DNA of 64,000 nt from Candidatus Portnoybacteria bacterium (GTDB lineage: Bacteria > Patescibacteriota > Minisyncoccia > Portnoybacterales > GWB1-42-6): positions 302,620 to 366,619 of the forward strand of contig JAQTYI010000001.1 of assembly GCA_028688325.1 (NCBI GenBank), given 5' to 3'. Positions 54,486 to 61,472 of the stretch are shown here, one piece after another; the first letter of the stretch is position 1; each line of letters opens with the position of its first letter. Under the pieces are notes generated by a model. The model did not search any database and was not told where the DNA came from. It worked only from the letters and a program-made list of their open reading frames with translations. The translations under genes were made by a program, and so were the position numbers.

Positions 54486-55925
54486 TGTTTTATTGAATAC
54501 ACCTTCTTCTTTTAGGCGTTTTTTTGCCAATTCACAGTATTCAGTTGATGTATCTATTCCAATGTAATTTCTATTTAATTGAATAGCAGCCAAGGCGGTT
54601 GTGCCGCTTCCAATAAATGGGTCTAAAACAACGCCATTTTCCGGGCAGAAGCATTGGATAAAGTCGAGGGGAAGTTTATCGGGAAATGTTGCCGGATGCT
54701 GGTGTTTAAGGCGAGTGCCATCTCCCGCCGTCAGATATTCCCAAATGGTGCCGCGACATTTAGTTGGGTTAATAGTGATCGGCCGAGTGGCAATCCTCAC
54801 GCCATTAGTAAGGCGAGTGCCTCCGCCGGTCAATGTTTTACCGCCGTGTTTTGAGGGAATTTTCAGGGGTTCCTTATTAAAGTATCGCGGCCTCTCTCCT
54901 TTTAGAAAAATCGGCATATATTCATGGTCAACGCGAAATCGTTTATTCCACCAGGCGCCCTCTGCGCCGTATTTTCTGTAAATAACCGTTTCGAATAATT
55001 TAAAGCCGGCATTATCAACCCAGTCCACTATTGTTTTAAACGAGGTTAGCGATTTGCCGAAGTTTTTTGTTTGATCCTGAATAACCATGGCGGCAATGCC
55101 GCCTTCTTTTAATACGCGATATATTTCTTTACCGGTAGCATGTAAATCAAAAGTAAATCCATTATATTTTCTGATTCCGTCATAGGGCGGGGAGGTGACA
55201 ACTAAATCAATTGAGTTATCAGGGATTTTTTTTAGTTCCGCAACTGAATCGCCACAAATAATTTTATTTAGAGGCAGCGCCCCATATTTTTTTGTTTCCT
55301 TTTGCGGCAATAACTCTTCTGCTTGTAGCTCCTTTTCGTTTTTTATTATATCTATAACAATACCTTGTATAGAAATTTCTCTGCCTTTCTTAATTATTAT
55401 TGGTTCAATGGTTTTGTTTGCCGGCTGTAAACGGATATACCCTTTTTCTTTATAGTATTTTTTTAGTGTTGCTTCACAACTATCTATAAGGGCTACTACT
55501 TTTTGTCCATTTTCGGCTGTTTTTTGTTGTCGCACTAAAACAATATCCCCGTCGTTTATATTCTCATCAATCATGCTGTTGCCAATTACACGAAGAGCAT
55601 AGACCTCCGATGACGGGGGAACCTTACTTTTTGGGATAGCGATCGTTTCTCTTTCTTGAATTGCCTCAATCGGCTGACCAGCCGCGATTTGTCCTAGTAG
55701 AGGTACTCTGACTAAGTGGGACGGTTCTGATATTGAAATCCCTCTTGCGCGTCCAGGAATTTTTTCTATGTATCCTTTATTTAGGAGCATATCAAAATGT
55801 TCGTGCGCAGTCGACGGAGAGATTCTAACTCGGCGAGCTATTTCTCGTTCTGTTGGGGCTACGCCATTTTTTAGTATGGCTTTATTTATAAGGTCTTTAA
55901 TTTGTTTTTGCCTTGGGGTAAGCAT
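54477..55925 (-). CDS. Fusion protein: complete LexA (winged helix-turn-helix plus S24 autopeptidase) joined to a C-terminal DNA amino-methyltransferase (N6-adenine/N4-cytosine, SPPY type)
   Basis: LexA helix-turn-helix MLTPRQKQIKDLINKAILKNGVAPTEREIARRV. Ala-Gly cleavage site IAAGQP. Catalytic Ser (VIGNSM) and Lys (EATLKKY). Then a linker. Methyltransferase motif IV DLVVTSPPY and motif I DPFIGSGTT. Confidence 0.75.
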   Translation of the reverse strand: MLTPRQKQIKDLINKAILKNGVAPTEREIARRVRISPSTAHEHFDMLLNKGYIEKIPGRARGISISEPSHLVRVPLLGQIAAGQPIEAIQERETIAIPKSKVPPSSEVYALRVIGNSMIDENINDGDIVLVRQQKTAENGQKVVALIDSCEATLKKYYKEKGYIRLQPANKTIEPIIIKKGREISIQGIVIDIIKNEKELQAEELLPQKETKKYGALPLNKIICGDSVAELKKIPDNSIDLVVTSPPYDGIRKYNGFTFDLHATGKEIYRVLKEGGIAAMVIQDQTKNFGKSLTSFKTIVDWVDNAGFKLFETVIYRKYGAEGAWWNKRFRVDHEYMPIFLKGERPRYFNKEPLKIPSKHGGKTLTGGGTRLTNGVRIATRPITINPTKCRGTIWEYLTAGDGTRLKHQHPATFPDKLPLDFIQCFCPENGVVLDPFIGSGTTALAAIQLNRNYIGIDTSTEYCELAKKRLKEEGVFNKTLF

Positions 55926-56095
55926 ATATATATTATACTATGTATACCCGAGCAAAACCCGAGCAGTTATCCACAGGAGAAGTATTGACAGTTTTTTATA
56001 CAGGTCTATACTTGAGTTGATAGAGTAGCTTAACAGACTAACAACTTTTCCTTTAAATCAGAGATTTTAATCAATAATTTATTAAATTAACTACC

Positions 56096-56353
56096 ATGAT
56101 TGAAGAAAATAATATTATAAACAAAGACATTTCCGAGCTTAACAAGCGATTGGGAGTAGTTATATCACTTCTTCTGCGTATGACACCAAGTGATAGGCCG
56201 AGTAGAAGCTTGAAGGAGCAGGTAGGGATTTTAGATGATCTTGGTATTCGTCCTCGCGATATAGCCGAAATCTTAGGTCGAACCCAGCCGCATATTAACA
56301 AAGAGCTAGTCGGGCTTCGTAGAGAAAAGCACAAAAAACATGAGCAAAAGTAA
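56096..56353 (+). CDS. Small helix-turn-helix protein, sigma-70 region-4-like (paralog A of six)
   Basis: ...LGVVISLLLRM...GIRPRDIAEILGRTQPHINKELVGLRR. Confidence 0.5.
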   Translation: MIEENNIINKDISELNKRLGVVISLLLRMTPSDRPSRSLKEQVGILDDLGIRPRDIAEILGRTQPHINKELVGLRREKHKKHEQK

Positions 56354-56588
56354 AAAGAATAAGCTATTTATTGATAAAGACTTGTCGCTTGCGCGCCTGG
56401 ATGCATTACTGGTCCTCTTAAGTGAACTATTATGTCAGCTTTCGAAAGATAAAGCATCTGCGAAAGGCGCTAGAGAAAAATCGGCTGTAATTCTTGTGTC
56501 TGGCGGAATGACGCAGGAGCGAGCCGCCAAAGTATTAGGTATGCAGAAAAAAACAGTCGTTGAAGCAATTAAAAATATAAAAATATGA
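56340..56588 (+). CDS. Small helix-turn-helix protein, sigma-70 region-4-like (paralog B)
   Basis: LARLDALLVLLSELL...GMTQERAAKVLGMQKKTVVEAIKNIK. Overlaps paralog A by 14 nt. Confidence 0.5.
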   Translation: MSKSKKNKLFIDKDLSLARLDALLVLLSELLCQLSKDKASAKGAREKSAVILVSGGMTQERAAKVLGMQKKTVVEAIKNIKI

Positions 56589-56809
56589 AAGACAAAAATC
56601 AAGATTTATTTGAACAAGTCTCAAAAAAGTTGAGTGCCCTAATAGCACTTTCGTTTATTGAAGATGTTTCAAAGATGACAAATGAAAAGGGCGTAGAAGT
56701 GCTTAACCGCTTTGGGTTAAGCAATCAAGATATCGCGAATATTATAGGCACCACTAAAAAAACAGTCGAGGTATTAAAAAGTCGTATTAAAAATAAAAAA
56801 ATAAAATAA
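56585..56809 (+). CDS. Small helix-turn-helix protein, sigma-70 region-4-like (paralog C)
   Basis: LSALIALSFI...GLSNQDIANIIGTTKKTVEVLKSRIKNKK, the closest of the six to the sigma region 4.2 consensus. Confidence 0.55.
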   Translation: MKDKNQDLFEQVSKKLSALIALSFIEDVSKMTNEKGVEVLNRFGLSNQDIANIIGTTKKTVEVLKSRIKNKKIK

Positions 56810-56810
56810 T

Positions 56811-57014
56811 ATGGATAATAAAATTATTAACGAGCTTAAAAATTTAAATGAGGTCGTAAAAGACTTATTTATATTTCTTATGTGTAGAGAGGGATTTGGT
56901 CAAAAGGAAATCAGAACTGTCTTTGGAAAAATAGATTGTGCAAGGATAACGAAAATTGCCTCGGGTATTAAAAAGGTTGCTGCGCAGAAAATTAAAAATG
57001 ATAAGAAAAAATAA
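56811..57014 (+). CDS. Small helix-turn-helix protein, sigma-70 region-4-like (paralog D)
   Basis: LNEVVKDLFIFLMCREGFGQKEIRTVFGKIDCARITKIASGIKK. Confidence 0.5.
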   Translation: MDNKIINELKNLNEVVKDLFIFLMCREGFGQKEIRTVFGKIDCARITKIASGIKKVAAQKIKNDKKK

Positions 57015-57015
57015 T

Positions 57016-57204
57016 ATGGCAAAAACAATTGGTAGACATCCCTTGGATAGAAAATTAAATAGAATTATTTATTTGCTTGAATCTCTTCTTGCTTTAGAGT
57101 TTAACCGAACCAATCTTGATCGTAATAAAATTCGTGCTCGTTTAAGTATTGATAAAGCAAAAGTAAATAAAATACTGGATGGTATCAAAAGATCGAATAA
57201 TTAA
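57016..57204 (+). CDS. Small helix-turn-helix protein (paralog E). Start moved to the ATG just after the stop of paralog D
   Basis: MAKTIGRHPLDRKLNRIIYLLESLLALEFNRTNLDRNKIRARLSIDKAKVNKILDGIKRS. Confidence 0.45.
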   Translation: MAKTIGRHPLDRKLNRIIYLLESLLALEFNRTNLDRNKIRARLSIDKAKVNKILDGIKRSNN

Positions 57205-57216
57205 AATAATGAAAAT

Positions 57217-57378
57217 ATGGACAAAAAAATAATAAAACTGCTTGAAGACATTAAAAAACTCATGATTCTTAATCTTGTTGAGCGCGGTATACAGGCGAGC
57301 GCCGTTGCTGGCATACTAAAAGTTACCAAGGGAACACTTAGTAAGATGGTGCCAGCTAGAAAGATTAAGAAGGGTTAA
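57217..57378 (+). CDS. Small helix-turn-helix protein (paralog F, 53 aa, below the ORF-track cutoff)
   Basis: Hand-translated MDKKIIKLLEDIKKLMILNLVERGIQASAVAGILKVTKGTLSKMVPARKIKKG*. Confidence 0.4.
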   Translation: MDKKIIKLLEDIKKLMILNLVERGIQASAVAGILKVTKGTLSKMVPARKIKKG

Positions 57379-57381
57379 TTT

Positions 57382-58248
57382 ATGTTTCATTCTCCAGTTA
57401 GGGTCACAGATACGCTTTCTAATTATAATGATCAGCTTGCAACAGCTGCGAAAATTTTAGGTCGCTCTAAAGTGAGAAGGCGAATTTTCGAGGCAATTTA
57501 TAGAGGTAAGAAAGAAATAAAGACTATTAAAGAGCTTATGAGATTTACTGGATATTCTCAAACTCATATTCTAAAAGAAGGTGGCAAGATGGATGGATTC
57601 TTGATCGAAAAAATTTCCAATGGATATAGAAAAAGAAAAGAATTTTCGCCGAGATATAGAGACATTATTGAGCTAGTAAAAAATAAGAAAAAATTAGAAA
57701 AATTATCAACTAAAACGCATCCAAAAACCGCTGTTAATATAGGGCGAGTCTCTGTCTCTTTTCCTATCTCGGCTCAAAATGCTCATTATATTACCATCGA
57801 CGATATAGGATCTTTTTCAAAGGTGAGGGGGGCGTTGGCAGGTTCTCCTGTTAAGGGTCTCAGGGAGAACGAAATCAAAGATCTTTTTAAAAGGATTCTG
57901 AAAGAAAAGGGGACATTTAAAGATTGGGGTGGAGAAAAAAGCGATTTATTTTCAACTCGATTAATTTTAAAATCGAAGCGTTTAAGATGTGCCATTGCTT
58001 TTAAAGGAAGAGGAACTAAAGGAAAACTAGTTCCTGCTAAAATGGGAAAGAATGGTGATCAAATTACTAGACTTTTTGATGAGCCAGCGGATTTATATCT
58101 AATTGTTTATAATGGACAGATTGATTCTTCAATAGTATCTCAAATGCAGGCCTTCGCTGTCGTTAAGGCGATTAGTGGCCAGACGGTTTATTATGGTGTA
58201 ATTGATGGGGCAGACTTGAGCCTAATTTTTGCTGCATATAAACAATAA
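57382..58248 (+). CDS. Winged-helix DNA-binding protein with a C-terminal domain of unknown fold (possible restriction-endonuclease-like domain)
   Basis: N-terminal helix-turn-helix RRRIFEAIYRGKKEIKTIKELMRFTGYSQTHILKE. C-terminal ...GGEKSDLF...RCAIAFKGRGTKGKLVPAKMGKNGDQITRL...DLYLIVYNGQ. Last gene of the low-GC island. Confidence 0.4.
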   Translation: MFHSPVRVTDTLSNYNDQLATAAKILGRSKVRRRIFEAIYRGKKEIKTIKELMRFTGYSQTHILKEGGKMDGFLIEKISNGYRKRKEFSPRYRDIIELVKNKKKLEKLSTKTHPKTAVNIGRVSVSFPISAQNAHYITIDDIGSFSKVRGALAGSPVKGLRENEIKDLFKRILKEKGTFKDWGGEKSDLFSTRLILKSKRLRCAIAFKGRGTKGKLVPAKMGKNGDQITRLFDEPADLYLIVYNGQIDSSIVSQMQAFAVVKAISGQTVYYGVIDGADLSLIFAAYKQ

Positions 58249-58315
58249 TGAAAATTAACTAGTATGGAAATCTATCGAAGTCTGACATCGGTAAATCGCT
58301 TGATTTTATTAAACC

Positions 58316-58915
58316 ATGGACCAAACTCAAAAGGATAAATTGCTTTTGGCGATAAAGGAGGAAGTTATCGCTTGCCAAAAATGCGGGTTGTATAAGAGTC
58401 GGGTTTTGCCAGTGGTGGGGCAGGGGAATCATGATGCGCAGGTTATGTTCATCGGCGAGGCGCCGGGGGCCAATGAGGCCAAAACAGGCGTGCCGTTTTG
58501 CGGCAGCGCCGGCAAGATTTTGGATCAGCTGCTGGCCTCGGTCGGCATCAAGCGGGAAGAGGTGTATATCGCCAATATCCTGAAAGACCGGCCGCCGGGC
58601 AACCGCGAGCCGGCGCCGGATGAGATTGCTGCCTGCACGCCGTATCTTTTGCGCCAGATCGCGATAATCAATCCCAAGATCATCGCCACGCTGGGAAACT
58701 ACTCAACGCATTTCATCCTGGATAAATTCGGGGTGCCGGAAAGCCAGAAGGGCATCAGCCAGCTGCGGGGCCGGAAATTTGCGGTTCAAGATCCTCAAAA
58801 CCAGAATTCTTACACCATCATTCCATTATTTCATCCCGCCGTCGCCGTCTACGACAACAGCAAGCTGGACACCCTGAAGCAAGATTTCAAAATCATCAAA
58901 GAGCATTTAAAATAA
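58316..58915 (+). CDS. Uracil-DNA glycosylase, family 4
   Basis: CQKCGLYKSRVLPVVGQGNHDAQVMFIGEAPGANE...PFCGSAG and HPAVAVYDN motifs. Confidence 0.85.
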   Translation: MDQTQKDKLLLAIKEEVIACQKCGLYKSRVLPVVGQGNHDAQVMFIGEAPGANEAKTGVPFCGSAGKILDQLLASVGIKREEVYIANILKDRPPGNREPAPDEIAACTPYLLRQIAIINPKIIATLGNYSTHFILDKFGVPESQKGISQLRGRKFAVQDPQNQNSYTIIPLFHPAVAVYDNSKLDTLKQDFKIIKEHLK

Positions 58916-58945
58916 CATCCTTACAAACTTGAGAATGTAAGGATG
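58913..58945. repeat. 33-bp hairpin and terminator unit (AACATCCTTACAAACTTGAGAATGTAAGGATGT). First of two direct copies that bracket the arsR-like gene
   Basis: Perfect stem CATCCTTACA / TGTAAGGATG. A near-identical copy lies at 59249-59281. Confidence 0.7.
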
Positions 58946-58962
58946 TGGTATATAATGAAAGT

Positions 58963-59250
58963 ATGAGAAAATTGAAGACCGCAAAACAAATGGAGCGGCA
59001 CTTGAAGGGAATGGCGAACCATTACCGGATAGAGATATTGTTTTCGATCGCCGCTCAAGACGGGATCACTTTGGAGGAGATAGTGAGAACTCTTGGCGCG
59101 AACGAGAAAACGATAGGCGAGCACACCCGGCGGCTTTTCCAGGCGGGGCTGATAGATAAAAAATACAAGGGAAAATTCGTGGAGCATAAATTGTCGCCCT
59201 ATGGAAAAACATTCGTCCGATTCTTGGATTCATTCCGCGCCACACAATAA
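58963..59250 (+). CDS. ArsR/SmtB-family winged-helix transcriptional regulator
   Basis: HYRIEILFSIAAQDGITLEEIVRTLGANEKTIGEHTRRLFQAGLI. Confidence 0.65.
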   Translation: MRKLKTAKQMERHLKGMANHYRIEILFSIAAQDGITLEEIVRTLGANEKTIGEHTRRLFQAGLIDKKYKGKFVEHKLSPYGKTFVRFLDSFRATQ

Positions 59251-59281
59251 CATCCTTACAAACTTGAGAATGTTGGGATGT
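59249..59281. repeat. Second copy of the 33-bp hairpin unit, followed by a T-run (terminator)
   Basis: AACATCCTTACAAACTTGAGAATGTTGGGATGTTTTTTTAT. Confidence 0.7.
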
Positions 59282-59355
59282 TTTTTTATCGCAAAATATT
59301 TTGACCCGAAATTGCTTTTCGGCTAAGATATGGGGGTTAAAAGCAGATAATATAT

Positions 59356-60495
59356 ATGGAACCATTGGCGTCAAAAATCAGGCCCAAGAGCTTGGAGGAA
59401 TTCGTGGGGCAGGAGCATCTGGTGGGGGAAGGCAAACCCCTCAATGTTGCGATAAAGAGAAAGCATCTTTTTTCGTTCATCTTATGGGGCCCGCCGGGCA
59501 CCGGCAAAACGACCCTGGCGAAAATTTACGCCAGGAGTTTGAACGCCAAAATATATGAGCTCTCCGCGGTTTCGGCCGGCAAAGCGGATATCAAAAAAAT
59601 CCTGGATGAAAGAAGCTTTATGGGTATTCCCCGGGTGCTGTTTCTGGACGAGATACACCGCTTCAACAAGTCCCAGCAGGATTTTTTGCTGCCGTATGTT
59701 GAGCGGGGTGATATAACCCTGATTGGAGCAACAACCGAAAATCCGAGTTTTGAGGTCATCGCGCCCCTGCTTTCCCGATGCAGGGTTTTTGTTTTAAATG
59801 AGCTGACGAATGAGAATATGGCGACGATCATCAAGCGGACCGGTTTTAAAATGGATAAAAAAGCGCAGGACTGGTTAATTGCCATGGCCAATGGAGATGC
59901 ACGCCAGGCCATCACGATGCTGGAAAACACCGGCCAGCTTTATAAAAAGATCACCGTTGAAAATTTAAAAAACACGCTGCAGTCAAAGTTTTTAAGATAC
60001 GATAAGGTTGGCGAAGAACATTACAATACGATTTCCGCGTTCATCAAAAGCATGCGGGCGAGCCAGCTCGACGCGGCACTGTATTATCTGGCGCGTATGC
60101 AAGAATCCGGCGAAGACCCAAAATTCATCGCGCGGAGAATGGTGGTTTTTGCTTCCGAAGACATTGGCCTGGCCCAGCCCACGGCGCTGGTGGTGGCCAA
60201 TGATGTTTTTCGAGCCGTTGAAACCATCGGAGCGCCGGAATGTTTTATTAATTTGGCGCATGGCACGGCTTTTTTGTGCCTGTGTAAAAAAGACCGCAGC
60301 GCCTATGACGCTTACCAGGAAGCGAAGGCGGATGTTAAAAAATTCGGCAATTTGCCTATTCCCCTGAATGTGCGCAACGCCGTGACTAAATTGATGAAGG
60401 AGCTGAATTACGGCAAGGGCTACGAAAAATATTCCAAAGAATCTTTTTTGCCGGAAAAGTTGAAAGGGAAAAAATACCTGGAAAATCAGCCCTAA
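59356..60495 (+). CDS. rarA: Replication-associated recombination protein A (RarA/MgsA AAA+ ATPase)
   Basis: Walker A WGPPGTGKTTLAKIYA. Walker B LFLDEIHRFNKSQQD. Sensor and arginine-finger regions. C-terminal MgsA domain. Confidence 0.85.
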   Translation: MEPLASKIRPKSLEEFVGQEHLVGEGKPLNVAIKRKHLFSFILWGPPGTGKTTLAKIYARSLNAKIYELSAVSAGKADIKKILDERSFMGIPRVLFLDEIHRFNKSQQDFLLPYVERGDITLIGATTENPSFEVIAPLLSRCRVFVLNELTNENMATIIKRTGFKMDKKAQDWLIAMANGDARQAITMLENTGQLYKKITVENLKNTLQSKFLRYDKVGEEHYNTISAFIKSMRASQLDAALYYLARMQESGEDPKFIARRMVVFASEDIGLAQPTALVVANDVFRAVETIGAPECFINLAHGTAFLCLCKKDRSAYDAYQEAKADVKKFGNLPIPLNVRNAVTKLMKELNYGKGYEKYSKESFLPEKLKGKKYLENQP

Positions 60496-60560
60496 CCTTA
60501 TTCTATTGTTCTTGAGAGCATTAGAATAAGGATTTTACCTTTGGTTTTTCACTAATTAAA

Positions 60561-60600
60561 AGAGCCCGATGCGTTGTTTTGCATCGGGCTCTTGTTTTTT
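60561..60600. terminator. Bidirectional terminator
   Basis: AGAGCCCGATGC-GTTGTTTT-GCATCGGGCTCT followed by TTGTTTTTT. Confidence 0.75.
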
Positions 60601-60619
60601 ATGGAATCGCAGTGATTAT

Positions 60620-61336
60620 TTAATAGAACCGGATTCGGGGCGGAAGGCCTTTGGGTTGGCAGCCGGGGACTGTGTCAATGAACTCGATTTCGTCGGGGAT
60701 TGCATGGTGGTTCAGGGTTAATTTTTCCAAGTAGGCGCGTACTTTTTTTCTGGTCAAAAGTCGATCTATTGCTCGCAAAACTTGTTTATCGCGGATATCC
60801 TTATAATATTTGGATTGGCGGAACGGATTTCGGTCGCGGCGGTCGTAGACCGACACATACCAGAAGACCAAATGATGGCCGATTTGGATATCGGCATACG
60901 CCGGCCCGTCTTCATGACACTTAAAATTAAAAAGCCGTATAAAGTCGACCGGAATACGCAAACTGCCTGGCCAGCTTGACGGCGTGAACCAGGGTAAGTT
61001 CGGCCTTTCAACCGATTTGATAAAGGTCGACAATTCATCTTTTCGGGCAACCAGATATTCATCGGCGACAGCCAGACATAAGACATCTTCCAGTAGGGCC
61101 TTGGGTGTCGGGCGATGCTTTAGCTTGTGAATGATGGGAACATCCAGCAAGCGGATATTCGCCCCGGTTGTGTTCTGGGAAAAATCGCCATTTGGTTTTT
61201 TGGTAAAAACAAAAGAGTGCATCGTAAAGCCATCGCGCCCGACCTCCACGGATCCCCAGGCGCTCTCTTTTTCTTTTCCCAGAAACAAGTGAGATAGCCG
61301 CAAAGCGTCCACTTTTATCCAGATTCTTTTTTTCAT
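60620..61336 (-). CDS. Hypothetical protein (239 aa with the start placed at MKKRIWIKV). The longer ORF in the track probably over-extends into the ileS promoter region
   Basis: No family recognised. The upstream extension translates to low-complexity sequence and overlaps an AT-rich divergent promoter region. Confidence 0.4.
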   Translation of the reverse strand: MKKRIWIKVDALRLSHLFLGKEKESAWGSVEVGRDGFTMHSFVFTKKPNGDFSQNTTGANIRLLDVPIIHKLKHRPTPKALLEDVLCLAVADEYLVARKDELSTFIKSVERPNLPWFTPSSWPGSLRIPVDFIRLFNFKCHEDGPAYADIQIGHHLVFWYVSVYDRRDRNPFRQSKYYKDIRDKQVLRAIDRLLTRKKVRAYLEKLTLNHHAIPDEIEFIDTVPGCQPKGLPPRIRFY

Positions 61337-61472
61337 ATGCCGACCTCCTTTTTGGGCTTGTTTGTTAGGAACATTCCATTGTTTCCCATAATGAAGTATT
61401 AAAGCAGATTGCCAGTTTTTAGTCAATAGCGGGGATTTACTTTTAAGCCATTTTCGGCTAATATATGAGGGT

